A stretch of 37,835 nt of DNA from a virus. Shown piece by piece: positions 17,324 through 26,470 of the stretch. Below the pieces are notes generated by a model, which saw only the letters and a program-made list of their open reading frames with translations, did not search any database and had not been told where the DNA came from. Each line of letters starts with the position of its first letter. The first letter of the stretch is position 1. The position numbers and the translations under genes were made by a program. The stretch spans positions 1 through 37,835 of the IMG/VR virus record IMGVR_UViG_3300025529_000020; one strand, 5' to 3'.

Positions 17324-18034
17324 CTAGGCGACCTGTTCCCGGCCGGTGCCACCGCACTCACCGCACGCGATCGGCGGGGTGGCATCGTCCACCGGGAGTT
17401 CCCCATATCCGCCGCACGGGCGGCAGGACGGGGGGTTGGCCTGCACGTCCGCCTTGTAGGCGGACTCCAGCCCCTTCAGGGCCGAGAGCGCGGCCCGGGT
17501 CTCCGCCCGGAGCCGAGCGGAGATGAACTGCATCTGTTCCAGGACGGTGAGCTTCCGCACCCCATCCCGGAACGCGTTCACGCTGCCTCGGCGAACCTCG
17601 GCGGCGGCCTCCAACAGCTCCGAGGCTCCCCGACGATCCCGGTCTTCGGTGATCGCCGTTTCTGCGACTCGGATGAACATATCAGCGGCCGTGGTGCGCG
17701 GGGAGGCTGCCATTACCCGCGCGAGGGCGCGGGCCCGCACAGGCTTCCCGTTGACCCGCTCCACGTTAGTGGGGACGACCAGGTCAGTCCGGTGACTGGC
17801 GCGCTCCGCCACGGGGCGAGCGACCACATAAACCACACCGGGCTGAGGGGAGGGGAGAACGTCGTCCGCGTCTCCCAACGCCTCCCGGACCACGGGGATT
17901 CCGTTGATCTCCCCGTCCGGGTAGGTCTCGGCGGGGAGCCGAACCGGGGTCGCCTCCGGCTGGATTACCACCTCGTCCCCGTTCGCGGTGACGAGCGTGA
18001 CGGGGTGCGGGGTGAGGTTGACGATTCTGGTCAT
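17324..18034 (-). CDS. Hypothetical protein with C-terminal DnaJ-type CxxCxGxG zinc-finger pair
   Basis: ATG at 18034 with GGAGG RBS; C-terminus CRPCGGYG...CGECGGTG. Confidence 0.5.
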   Translation of the reverse strand: MTRIVNLTPHPVTLVTANGDEVVIQPEATPVRLPAETYPDGEINGIPVVREALGDADDVLPSPQPGVVYVVARPVAERASHRTDLVVPTNVERVNGKPVRARALARVMAASPRTTAADMFIRVAETAITEDRDRRGASELLEAAAEVRRGSVNAFRDGVRKLTVLEQMQFISARLRAETRAALSALKGLESAYKADVQANPPSCRPCGGYGELPVDDATPPIACGECGGTGREQVA

Positions 18035-18065
18035 TGGAACCTCCAGGGGTTTCGTTGTGGTTTCC

Positions 18066-18095
18066 ACATTAGCATGATTGAGCAGTGCTGAGCAA
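18066..18095 (-). promoter_or_regulatory. Sigma-70-like promoter (TTGCTC - 18 nt - TAATGT) for gene 17324..18034
   Basis: Hexamers with 18-nt spacer read on the minus strand; spacer AGCACTGCTCAA resembles the two other promoters. Confidence 0.45.
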
Positions 18096-18149
18096 GTGTT
18101 GTGAGGGAAGTGCCGGAGAATTTGTTCCCCGGCACTTCCTCAAGTGCCG

Positions 18150-18461
18150 CTAGAACAGCTTGGCGGCTTTCTCCATCTCCGCCCACATCTGAGCGGCGTA
18201 GTCTTCGTCGCGCATGGCGTCCGCGCAGATGTTGATGACGTGGCTACGCCACACTTCCGCACGCTCCTTAGCGGTAGCGTCCCCGGACTCCTCAGCAGCC
18301 AGCATGTCCTGAGTGAGGGTGGTAATCAGCTGCTGCAGCAGGGTACGGGTGGCAGCAGCGGGGTTCTCCGGGGCTGCGGTCAGTCCCAGCGCGGCAGTGG
18401 GAGAAACGCGGAGCAGGGCGATGATGACACCAGCGGCGAAGGCGGGGAGGAAGACGGGCAT
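18150..18461 (-). CDS. Small membrane protein (about 104 aa)
   Basis: ATG at 18461 with AAAGGAGA RBS; N-terminal hydrophobic helix MPVFLPAFAAGVIIALLRV. Confidence 0.5.
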   Translation of the reverse strand: MPVFLPAFAAGVIIALLRVSPTAALGLTAAPENPAAATRTLLQQLITTLTQDMLAAEESGDATAKERAEVWRSHVINICADAMRDEDYAAQMWAEMEKAAKLF

Positions 18462-18495
18462 TTGTTTATCTCCTTTCTGTCTGACTGACACTTCT

Positions 18496-18524
18496 ACTAT
18501 ACCCCATTGCTCAGTACTGCGCAA
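18496..18524 (-). promoter_or_regulatory. Sigma-70-like promoter (TTGCGC - 17 nt - TATAGT)
   Basis: Minus-strand TTGCGC AGTACTGAGCAATGGGG TATAGT immediately after a terminator and upstream of the RBS/ATG at 18461. Confidence 0.6.
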
Positions 18525-18531
18525 GCCATTG

Positions 18532-18562
18532 GAGAAAAATCCCCGGGGCTCTCCCCGGGGCA
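18532..18562 (-). terminator. Intrinsic terminator (CCCCGGGG-agag-CCCCGGGG followed by ATTTTTCTCC)
   Basis: GC hairpin and T-tract on the minus strand after the stop of gene 18566..18796. Confidence 0.65.
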
Positions 18563-18565
18563 GTG

Positions 18566-18796
18566 TCAGTCAAGACATGGCTTCTCTGTGTCCATGCGGT
18601 CGTTCAGCCAGTGCAGCAGGCTGTTGATGTGGGGTCGTGGGTCTACGTGCGTTAGGGGGCCGAGTGCAGCCTCTACCCGTTCACGCTCGATAGCGACGCT
18701 GGTAGTGCCTCGTTGGTAACGCCGCAGATAACCCGGTGGATCCTCAACCCACAGTTCCCCGTCATCGTCCCGCCACAGTGTGGGCTCGTCTGACAT
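18566..18796 (-). CDS. Hypothetical protein (76 aa)
   Basis: ORF in early region, followed by terminator. Confidence 0.4.
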   Translation of the reverse strand: MSDEPTLWRDDDGELWVEDPPGYLRRYQRGTTSVAIERERVEAALGPLTHVDPRPHINSLLHWLNDRMDTEKPCLD

Positions 18797-18928
18797 GTGT
18801 TCTCCCTACCGTGTAGACATAGCCAGTTGGAGCAAAGAGGAGGGACTCTCCGGTGGAGTACCAGAGAGTCCCGGGATCAGGTTTATGCGCGGTGTGCAGA
18901 GCCGCTGGGCGTTAGCGGCCCGTAGTGG

Positions 18929-19213
18929 TTACGGAACGACCTCCCAAGAACGGCCCTTCCAAACGACGTTGTAGCCTTCCCCAAGGTGCTTTTCCACCAG
19001 TCGCGCCGCCACGTCCGGTTCAATGAGGCGCGCAGTCCGCATCGGTTCACACATCGTGGTGTACCGCGCGTAGGTGGTCACGGAGTCTACGGGCTCTTCA
19101 CCGCGGTACAGGGTGAGGATGGTGCGGTCCGGGTGTTCTTCGCGGCGAACCTCCCACAACTTCCATTCCCATTTGTACATGTCTTCTCCTTCGTCCACAG
19201 TTCCGTGAGTCAT
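18929..19213 (-). CDS. Hypothetical protein (94 aa)
   Basis: ORF in early region. Confidence 0.4.
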   Translation of the reverse strand: MTHGTVDEGEDMYKWEWKLWEVRREEHPDRTILTLYRGEEPVDSVTTYARYTTMCEPMRTARLIEPDVAARLVEKHLGEGYNVVWKGRSWEVVP

Positions 19214-19310
19214 TCACGCTACTGCGTGGCGACTCGCTTCGCGGTACACCTCCACAGTACACCACTCGCGCTCATCGAGCAACCGGTAACGCGCGCTCCA
19301 ATTCGTAGAC

Positions 19311-19514
19311 CTACAGCGGGATGCGCAACCGCCCACGTGCCACGGTGGTGCGGTGGCGTGTTTCCATTGCGTCCCGCAGTTCCCGGAACGCTACGCGAGT
19401 GTGGTGGGTCGTTGATACAACGTCGTTTTCTTCGTTGTAGAGAACGACCTCGTATCCGTCGCGGTGTGAGTACACCACTGCCTTGTAGCCACGTGGGAGT
19501 GCGTACGCCTCCAT
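19311..19514 (-). CDS. Hypothetical protein (67 aa)
   Basis: ATG at 19514 with GGGAG RBS, directly downstream of motif site 2. Confidence 0.45.
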   Translation of the reverse strand: MEAYALPRGYKAVVYSHRDGYEVVLYNEENDVVSTTHHTRVAFRELRDAMETRHRTTVARGRLRIPL

Positions 19515-19539
19515 AGAAGTCTCCCTTCGTGTGTGCGTA

Positions 19540-19580
19540 CCTATTGGGGTTACAGGTCCTGGTCTCCGGTAGCGCGCGGG
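19540..19580 (-). promoter_or_regulatory. Conserved motif site 2 (GTTACAGGTCC ... GCGCGC)
   Basis: GTTACAGGTCC at 19549-19559 and GCGCGC at 19572-19577, between sigma gene stop and next gene start. Confidence 0.5.
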
Positions 19581-19602
19581 AGAACCGGGAATTTGTGGGT
19601 GT

Positions 19603-20556
19603 TTACGCGGCTGCCAGCTCGACTACTACCCGCCTCAGCTTTCTCAGCGCAGCGGCCTTGAGGGAACGTACACGTCCGGGATCGATTCCCATGATGTGCG
19701 CGGTCTCGGCGACACTGAGTTCCGGACCGCCCAGTCCGGTCAGGTGTACCAGTGCCTCACGCTCCCGGGGGGACACGTGATCGAGCAGACGATGCACGAG
19801 GTCCCGAGTTTCCACACTGGCTAGTGCAGCGGCCGAGCGGTGGCACTCCGCCGTGTCCCCGATGGTCTGCGTGGCGCTCTCGTCACACAGTTCCGACACC
19901 GGGGTATCCACGGACACATAATGTAGGGCTTCGTGGATGGCATCGAACTGTGCGTAGGACAGACCACGTGCGGTTTTGTCGTCTAGCTGCTGTGCCACAT
20001 CTAGCCCTTCCCGCTCCCAGCGTTCAATACGGCGGTCCAGGATGGCGGCAGCCATGTCATCTCCGGAGTCCGCCATGTCCTGCAGTTCTCGGCCGGTCAA
20101 CCCCTCACGGTGGGCCCATTCGCGTGCGAGTACCGGGTCGTGTCCACACGCTTCCATGGCTCTCCAGTAGCGGTGCTGTGCGGACGAGGAGATGCGGAAC
20201 GGGGAGCTGGCTACAGCGGCCTCCCTCACAGCGTTCTGGATGTGGCGATACGCCACGGTCATAGGTTCTGCAGAACCATCCGGGTCGTAGTCTCGCAGAA
20301 CCTCCACCAGCGCCATTAGCGCGGCCTGGTAGAGGTCCGCGTACTCCGCACTACGCTGGTAGTTTCTGACCAGGTGGTGGATCTGGTCTTCGTAACGTGC
20401 GGCAAGGATGACAAGCCCTTCGTCTCCGTACGCGGGGAGCTGACGGTTGGGGACGTGATCAAGGCCCAGACGTTCTTCGTAGGCACGTGCGGCGGTGCGG
20501 ACTGTGGCACGGACGATGTGTGCGGGGGATCTGGTGGCGATCAGTTCATCCAACAT
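19603..20556 (-). CDS. Phage-encoded sigma-70 family RNA polymerase sigma factor
   Basis: Region 2-like segment DLYQAALMALVEVLRDYDP and region 4-like HTH LSVAETAHIMGIDPGRVRSLKAAALRKLRR. Confidence 0.75.
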   Translation of the reverse strand: MLDELIATRSPAHIVRATVRTAARAYEERLGLDHVPNRQLPAYGDEGLVILAARYEDQIHHLVRNYQRSAEYADLYQAALMALVEVLRDYDPDGSAEPMTVAYRHIQNAVREAAVASSPFRISSSAQHRYWRAMEACGHDPVLAREWAHREGLTGRELQDMADSGDDMAAAILDRRIERWEREGLDVAQQLDDKTARGLSYAQFDAIHEALHYVSVDTPVSELCDESATQTIGDTAECHRSAAALASVETRDLVHRLLDHVSPREREALVHLTGLGGPELSVAETAHIMGIDPGRVRSLKAAALRKLRRVVVELAAA

Positions 20557-20633
20557 GGCGACTCCGTGAGTTGATTCACGGGCCCTGGACTACGCCACGT
20601 CCAGGGCCCACATTGTGGCGGTGGGGGTAGCGG

Positions 20634-20948
20634 TTAGGCAGTGGGGTCATCCCAAGAGTGGATGACCTGAGTTAGGCGGTTGGTGGCCTGCTGCAAGACG
20701 GTGATCGCGTGGCGCACGTCCGGATCCCGGGTGATGCGACGCAGCTCGTCTGCCACACGTTGTCTACGTGGGCAGAGAACCGCCTCCTCTACCGGACGAG
20801 GGACTCCATCAGTGGCCATAGTGCCGCTCCTTGGGGATAGCGGGCTACGCAACACAGACAGTTCGTCTGCCAGTGCCACCGCGCGGGAGAACGCGAGTGG
20901 TGTGGCGACCATGTGCGGGAGTGATTGACGTGGTTTCATAGTACACAC
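20634..20948 (-). CDS. Hypothetical protein (104 aa or shorter)
   Basis: ORF between endonuclease VII-like gene and sigma factor gene; start uncertain. Confidence 0.4.
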   Translation of the reverse strand: MCTMKPRQSLPHMVATPLAFSRAVALADELSVLRSPLSPRSGTMATDGVPRPVEEAVLCPRRQRVADELRRITRDPDVRHAITVLQQATNRLTQVIHSWDDPTA

Positions 20949-20967
20949 TCCGTTTCCGTTTTACCAG

Positions 20968-21456
20968 CTAGTCCGTTTGTGGTCCGTCCGTTACTGTGGG
21001 GGATGGTGTGTTTGTGTCCGCAGAGAGCTGACGTAGGTATTGCGCGGCTCTCTCGAGACGTTCGGGATGGTCCCCCATGAGGCCGAGTGCGGCGTTGCAG
21101 GTGTGGCAGAGCAGCCCACGCACCCGGTGAGTCCGGTGGCAGTGGTCGACCACTAGCCTGCTCCCCGGGGGGTACGGGGGACGTGCACAGATCGCGCACC
21201 GCCACCGTTGTGCCCTAGCCATAGCGGTGTAGTCGGCACTCGTGATCCCGTATCTACGCCGCAGTTTGCGGTCACGTTCGACAGTGCGCTGTTTCCGGGT
21301 TCTGCGCTTGCGGTACGCAGACTCGCAGTCGCGGCAGCGCGTGCCACGGCGGTTCCCTCGAGTGCGGGGGAACCTTCCCAGTGGGAGCGTCTGTCCGCAC
21401 GTGCGACAGTCCCGCACATAGGGGTTCACGCCGTGTATTTCCGGTCGTCCGGACAT
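20968..21456 (-). CDS. Endonuclease VII-family (HNH-like) nuclease, probable Holliday junction resolvase
   Basis: Cys clusters CRTCG...CRDC and VVDHCH...GLLCHTCN motif. Confidence 0.65.
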   Translation of the reverse strand: MSGRPEIHGVNPYVRDCRTCGQTLPLGRFPRTRGNRRGTRCRDCESAYRKRRTRKQRTVERDRKLRRRYGITSADYTAMARAQRWRCAICARPPYPPGSRLVVDHCHRTHRVRGLLCHTCNAALGLMGDHPERLERAAQYLRQLSADTNTPSPTVTDGPQTD

Positions 21457-23306
21457 CCGTACCCATCTCCCCAGCTAGTGCCGTAGATTTCGGGTTCGGA
21501 TTCGATCTGAACCCCGAAAAACGGCATCCGCATCCTCTCCCCCACTGCGTTGATCACGTCCTGAGCCTCGTGGCGTGGGGCTTCAACCAGGATTTCGTCA
21601 TGGACCACACCGATGACATAGGGCAGTAGTCCATCAGCGTCCAGATCCACTAGCGCTTGCCCTAGGACATCGCGCGCGGTGGATTGGCACAGGTAGGCGA
21701 TCGCCGTGTACGTTTTGTCGCGGTCCAGGCGCAGCAGCCGACCGGACGGGGTACGCACGGTCATCCCTTGCTGCTGTGCCATACGGGTGAGGTAGCGGGA
21801 GAACCGTGCGATTTCCGGCAACGCGCGGTCGTACTTGGTCACCGCTGCCTGAACCTGCCGCAGTGGGAGTCCAGTTTGCCGCGCCAACGTACGCGCTCCA
21901 CCGGCGTAGGCCTTCCCCAACGAGATCGTCTTGCACAATGACCGCTGATCTTTGGGGACTGGCTCGTTCTCAGGGATGTTGAACACCAGCCTTGTGGTGT
22001 AGGAGTGCAGGTCCTGTCCTTGGTTGATCGCCTCGATGAGGCGTTCGGCTCCTGCCAGCGCTACGAGCACTCGCAGTTCTACCTGAGCTAGGTCACTTGC
22101 GGCGATGAGGTGTCCGGGCTCTGCCACGACACAGCGACGCACTCGCCAGTCCGATGACGGTAGCTGCTGCAGTGGCGGGTTGGACATCGACCACCGGCCG
22201 GTGCGAGCACCTAGCGTGTTGATGTCGGGGTGAATCCTGCCACTGGGGTCTACAAGCTGCAGCATGGCGTGACCGTAGCTGGCAGCCCATTTCTGCGCAC
22301 GCTTCGCGCGGAGAACAGCATCGGCAAGCGGGTTGGGTTCACGGGCTCCCACTCTCCGCCACTGTGTGTCCAGGTCCGCCATAGGCAGAAGCACTTCTTT
22401 ACCCACCGCCAACTGTCCCGTGGCGGTTGTCTCAGTCAGCGTTTCCCCCATGGCCTGCAGTGCAGCAGCCACTTGGGCAGTAGCGTGCACAGACGTCACC
22501 CCGTACCGCCTAGCCACCGCAGTGTAATGGGCAGCCTCGTTTTCCAGCTCATCCACCAGCGACTTTGTGTAGTTGAGGTCCAGCCGCATCCCCTTACGGC
22601 GGATAATGGTCCCAATACGGGCAATGCGGTGTTCGTACTCCGCCAATGTTGCCGGGATGGCAGCGTCCTCACACGCGCGAAGCAGGTGAGGCAGCAGCCG
22701 AGTTACCAACACCACGTCCGCACCTGCATACGTGAGGAACGCCGGAGTATCCAGCGGGAGTTGAGCCCAACCACTCTCCCGGGTGAGCCCATGCTCACGA
22801 AACACTGCAGCCAGTTCCCGCTGACCATCAGTAGCATGCGGATCCACATAGTGCGCTGCCAGGTTTTTGAGGGCATGCCCAGTGCCGCCCTCATACTCCC
22901 GACGAGGGTCATACAAGTGCGCGTAAATGCGGGTATCCCGGATACGCGGCCACAGTTCCTCTACCGGAATGCCCAGGTGGCGGTCTATGACCAGCGTGTC
23001 ATAGGACGCATTGTGGATGACCAGCTTCGGCAGCGTGCGGAGCGCGTATCGAGCAGCGTGAGCGAACACCTCCCCGTACTCAACTGGCAACAGCCACGCC
23101 TCTTCCGGAGTGCCGAACTGGATCAGACGTAGCCGGTGCGAGTGTAGGAACACGTTCAAGCCGGTGGTCTCGGTGTCGACTCCCACCGGTGTACCACGTT
23201 GGGTCATGCGGTCAACCCAGTCGCGAAACACGTGGATGTCATCAGGATGGTCGACCACATACTGTGTCCACCTGATGTTCCCCATACGTTCGTGTGTGAT
23301 GCGCAT
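21426..23306 (-). CDS. DNA polymerase I (family A) with 3'-5' exonuclease domain
   Basis: Exo motif VGVDTETTGL, polymerase motifs DLAQVELRVLVALAG, KTISLGKAYAGG, VHDEILVE; ATG at 23306 with AGGAGAGG RBS (ORF-track start lies inside the primase gene). Confidence 0.85.
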   Translation of the reverse strand: MRITHERMGNIRWTQYVVDHPDDIHVFRDWVDRMTQRGTPVGVDTETTGLNVFLHSHRLRLIQFGTPEEAWLLPVEYGEVFAHAARYALRTLPKLVIHNASYDTLVIDRHLGIPVEELWPRIRDTRIYAHLYDPRREYEGGTGHALKNLAAHYVDPHATDGQRELAAVFREHGLTRESGWAQLPLDTPAFLTYAGADVVLVTRLLPHLLRACEDAAIPATLAEYEHRIARIGTIIRRKGMRLDLNYTKSLVDELENEAAHYTAVARRYGVTSVHATAQVAAALQAMGETLTETTATGQLAVGKEVLLPMADLDTQWRRVGAREPNPLADAVLRAKRAQKWAASYGHAMLQLVDPSGRIHPDINTLGARTGRWSMSNPPLQQLPSSDWRVRRCVVAEPGHLIAASDLAQVELRVLVALAGAERLIEAINQGQDLHSYTTRLVFNIPENEPVPKDQRSLCKTISLGKAYAGGARTLARQTGLPLRQVQAAVTKYDRALPEIARFSRYLTRMAQQQGMTVRTPSGRLLRLDRDKTYTAIAYLCQSTARDVLGQALVDLDADGLLPYVIGVVHDEILVEAPRHEAQDVINAVGERMRMPFFGVQIESEPEIYGTSWGDGYGCPDDRKYTA

Positions 23307-23367
23307 GCCTCTCCTAACGGACAAAGCGGCCCCCACGCAGTGAGCGCAGGGGCCGTACCCAGTGTAC

Positions 23368-25830
23368 CTAGCGTACCTGACCGAACACGTCACGGTTCCC
23401 ACTCTGCGGGGATGGGTGATCCGCCGCAGTGGGGGAGTTCGCGACCAGCCGCACTCCGATGAGTGTCTGACCACGCTTGGTTTTGACGCGGTCAATACCG
23501 CGTTCCTCTAGGGCCCTGTAGAACGTTTGTCGTTTCCACCGTTCCCGCGGAGGCAGGTTTTCCGCCTCACACCAGTCCATGTAGGCGTTGAACGCGGCGT
23601 TACCCAAAACGCGGTCCTCAGGGTTGCCGGTCTTCTCGAGAACGCCGGGTAGAAAACCCGACAGGGCATCCGAGATCTCTCGGTACTCCCTGGTCGCTTT
23701 ACGCACCACTCCCGGATCCTGCAGACCATTCCGGTACCACTCCACAGCCCCGCGGACTGCCCAAGCCAGAATACCTTCGGCTTCCGCACGGAGCTTATCG
23801 GTCAGCTCATAGTCGCGTTCGTGTGGCTCAAACTTCCTCCTAAACGGGATCATCTTCACCCGACGCCACAAACCATCGTCCTGACCACGGAACAGGGGCT
23901 TGTGGTTAGTGTCCATCAACAGCAGGAACGTGGGCACGAACTCGAAGAACTCCTGCCGCAGGAAGCGGGCCACCAGCACGTTTCCACCGGTGGCTTGCTT
24001 GAGCACTCCTTCCGCCATGGGCTTGTCACGGTCGCCTTCAGAAGCCCGGACAATTCGAGCGCCGCGTAGGGCAGCCAAGTCGTTGGGGATACCCCCCGAG
24101 CGCTCCTCGAAAGTACTGAACGGTGTAGTGCGGGAAATAGCAGAAAACACAGACGTGATCGTGTCCATGAACACGCTTTTCCCGTTCGCACCTTTACCCC
24201 ACAGCACAGCGAAGCATTGTTCGGCGGTGCTCCCTGTGATCCCGTACCCGATGAGCCGCTGCATGTACGCGGGCAATTCCGGGTTGTACGGGAAAATCTC
24301 CTCCAAGAATTTTTCCCAGCGCGGGCACTTGGCGTCCGGCCGGTAGTCCACGTCCACGTAGCGGGTGATCATGTCCTCACGGCGGTGGGGACGCAGCATT
24401 CCCGTACGCAGATCGATGGTGCCGTTTCGGACAGCCAACAGGTCCGCACGTGCGTCGAAATCGCTAGCGCGGACGCGCACACCAGGGACGCTTTGCAACT
24501 CGCGAATGATGTGGTCAATACTCCTGGTCATGAGGAAGCTTCGAGCTTCCTTGGCCTTCCCTACAAGAGCGAGTGCCGCACCAATGCGGTAAACCTCCTG
24601 TCGCACATGGGACTCGGACGGTACCCAGCAGCGTCCATCCCACACGAAAAAGCCCAGCCCAGGCGCGTAGCGGATACGGTTGTCCGCGAACGCCACCAGT
24701 ACGTGAGCCCGCATAACGTCCGTATCCGACTCTGAGAACCGGTCGTGGTACGCACGGTACAACTCGGCGGCGCGTTCCCCATCCTCACGAGTGACCGCAT
24801 CCAGCCCGGTGCGGCTCAGCGCTTCCTTAGCGTCGATGCGCCGTTCCTCGTCCGGAGTGCGGACAGGGCGGGCGGCGCGTACCGCTTCGTGGAGTTTCCC
24901 CGCGAACCCTGCAGGGTCGCGTTCCCGCCAGTCGGTGAGGTCGTCTCCGGCGTTGGGGATGACCAGGTGCCGAACCTCAACCCCGTGGTTACGGAGCGCG
25001 GTGGAGATAGTCTGAGTGAACCGCTGCCCCGCCTCGTCCGCGTCCCCCGCTACCACGACGAGGGAGTCCTTCAGCGCTTCCGCCAGTTCACGTGCGAGTG
25101 CCTCACTCGACATCGCTGCACCGCGGACCGCCACAGCGTCATAACCTGCAGCGACCGCGGTGAGCGCGTCCCCAGGCCCTTCCGTGATGACCACTACGCC
25201 GTAGGATCCGCCGCCGCGCAAAAATCCGTATCGTTGCCACACCTTCCCCTGGGGGTTGCTCAGGCTCACCCACCGGGCTTGACACTTCCCAGTCAGGTCC
25301 CTGCCCTGCAGGCCGCGCACAGTACCGTGGCGGTCGTAGAGAGGGACCACCAGTCGCGGAAACGCGCGGTACGTGCGGGACAGATACGGCAACGTGAACA
25401 CGTCACCGCCCGGGTCAACGCCCACACCGAGATCCGCGGCCTGGTCAACGGTCAACCCGAACCGCCGCTCCACATACTCGGCGGCTAGACGGGCATCGTC
25501 GGTGTACTGTTCCCGAAGCCGCTTGGACGTAGCGTCCACGTATGCGGCGACCGCGGCGATCTCTGCAGGGCCCACCTGGTCAGGCTGGGTGGTGATGAGC
25601 TGTTCCGGTGCGGTCCACTGAAACAGGTCGCGTTCCTGCATGCCGAGTCGTTTCAGAACGTCCTTGGTCTCGCATCCAGCGCGGCAAGTCATCAGCAGCC
25701 TTCCTTCGTTAGTCACCGCCAGCGCGAGTGACGGCCGCTGGTCATCATGTGCAGGACAGTGCACCACCATGTTGCGGCCCTCGTTGACAACGTGCGGAAA
25801 ACGCTCCAGGAACTTGTTGAAGTCGCGCAT
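23368..25830 (-). CDS. Bifunctional primase / D5-like helicase (zinc-binding, Toprim, P-loop NTPase)
   Basis: HCPAHDD...CRAGC zinc motif, Toprim-like ITEGPGDALT, Walker A GKGANGKS; ATG at 25830 with GAGGGGAAG RBS. Confidence 0.75.
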   Translation of the reverse strand: MRDFNKFLERFPHVVNEGRNMVVHCPAHDDQRPSLALAVTNEGRLLMTCRAGCETKDVLKRLGMQERDLFQWTAPEQLITTQPDQVGPAEIAAVAAYVDATSKRLREQYTDDARLAAEYVERRFGLTVDQAADLGVGVDPGGDVFTLPYLSRTYRAFPRLVVPLYDRHGTVRGLQGRDLTGKCQARWVSLSNPQGKVWQRYGFLRGGGSYGVVVITEGPGDALTAVAAGYDAVAVRGAAMSSEALARELAEALKDSLVVVAGDADEAGQRFTQTISTALRNHGVEVRHLVIPNAGDDLTDWRERDPAGFAGKLHEAVRAARPVRTPDEERRIDAKEALSRTGLDAVTREDGERAAELYRAYHDRFSESDTDVMRAHVLVAFADNRIRYAPGLGFFVWDGRCWVPSESHVRQEVYRIGAALALVGKAKEARSFLMTRSIDHIIRELQSVPGVRVRASDFDARADLLAVRNGTIDLRTGMLRPHRREDMITRYVDVDYRPDAKCPRWEKFLEEIFPYNPELPAYMQRLIGYGITGSTAEQCFAVLWGKGANGKSVFMDTITSVFSAISRTTPFSTFEERSGGIPNDLAALRGARIVRASEGDRDKPMAEGVLKQATGGNVLVARFLRQEFFEFVPTFLLLMDTNHKPLFRGQDDGLWRRVKMIPFRRKFEPHERDYELTDKLRAEAEGILAWAVRGAVEWYRNGLQDPGVVRKATREYREISDALSGFLPGVLEKTGNPEDRVLGNAAFNAYMDWCEAENLPPRERWKRQTFYRALEERGIDRVKTKRGQTLIGVRLVANSPTAADHPSPQSGNRDVFGQVR

Positions 25831-25889
25831 ACTTCCCCTCGCAGTGTGCTTACCTGAGAAACCGGTTCCGCGCTTGCGGTGTAACGGGC

Positions 25890-26267
25890 TTATTGCCGGA
25901 GCTCTTTGACCACGCGCACGAACGTCGCACCGGACATGACCACCAAGCACTCGTGGGGACCGCGACCACGAACTTTCACCGCGGCCACACCGAAAGGCAG
26001 TCCAGCGTTCCGCGCTTCCTGTTCGGCTTGGCGAACGTACGCGGGCAGCTCGTGACGTGCCGTGTTTTTACACTCCACGACAAACGGGACTACCCACAGA
26101 TCCCCTACGTCGTGTATCCCCTGCTGTGCTTGGCGACGTGCGTTCAGTGGGGATGTGGGATCTAGGAACTCGTCTCCATCAGGGGTCACGAGCCCCAGTT
26201 CTCGGTTGAGGTAGCGTGCGAACTCGGTTTCCCACCGAGTCCCACGTCTTTTATTCGGGTTAGCCAC
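25890..26267 (-). CDS. PD-(D/E)xK family nuclease, possible Holliday junction resolvase (VRR-NUC-like)
   Basis: E...D(VGD)...ExK (VVECK) arrangement in a 125-aa protein next to replication genes. Confidence 0.45.
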   Translation of the reverse strand: MANPNKRRGTRWETEFARYLNRELGLVTPDGDEFLDPTSPLNARRQAQQGIHDVGDLWVVPFVVECKNTARHELPAYVRQAEQEARNAGLPFGVAAVKVRGRGPHECLVVMSGATFVRVVKELRQ

Positions 26268-26457
26268 GCGCCCCGCCCTCCTCTTGCAACAGCCTCACAT
26301 CAGCACCGCGCGCGTACGCGGTCATAACCGCCTGAGAGAGATCAGCCCAGTCGACTCTGCGGAGCGCGGACCGGTACACGTCCACACGATCGTCCGGACC
26401 CAAAAACCGCAAAACCCCACCGGTGGGAGCGCGGTTCTCCGACACCACGAAATGCAA
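26260..26457 (-). CDS. Hypothetical protein (about 65 aa)
   Basis: TTG start 5 nt after GGAGG within a conserved terminator-RBS cassette. Confidence 0.35.
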   Translation of the reverse strand: MHFVVSENRAPTGGVLRFLGPDDRVDVYRSALRRVDWADLSQAVMTAYARGADVRLLQEEGGARG

Positions 26458-26470
26458 GGTGACCTCCACA

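Noticed and set aside
22230-23132. Plus-strand ORF of 300 aa
   Set aside because: Antisense to the DNA polymerase I gene, whose catalytic motifs are clear.
23307-23495. N-terminal extension of the ORF-track DNA polymerase
   Set aside because: Overlaps the 3' end of the primase-helicase gene by about 128 nt; an internal ATG at 23306 with AGGAGAGG RBS is the more plausible start.
24745-25488. Plus-strand ORF of 247 aa
   Set aside because: Antisense to the primase-helicase gene.
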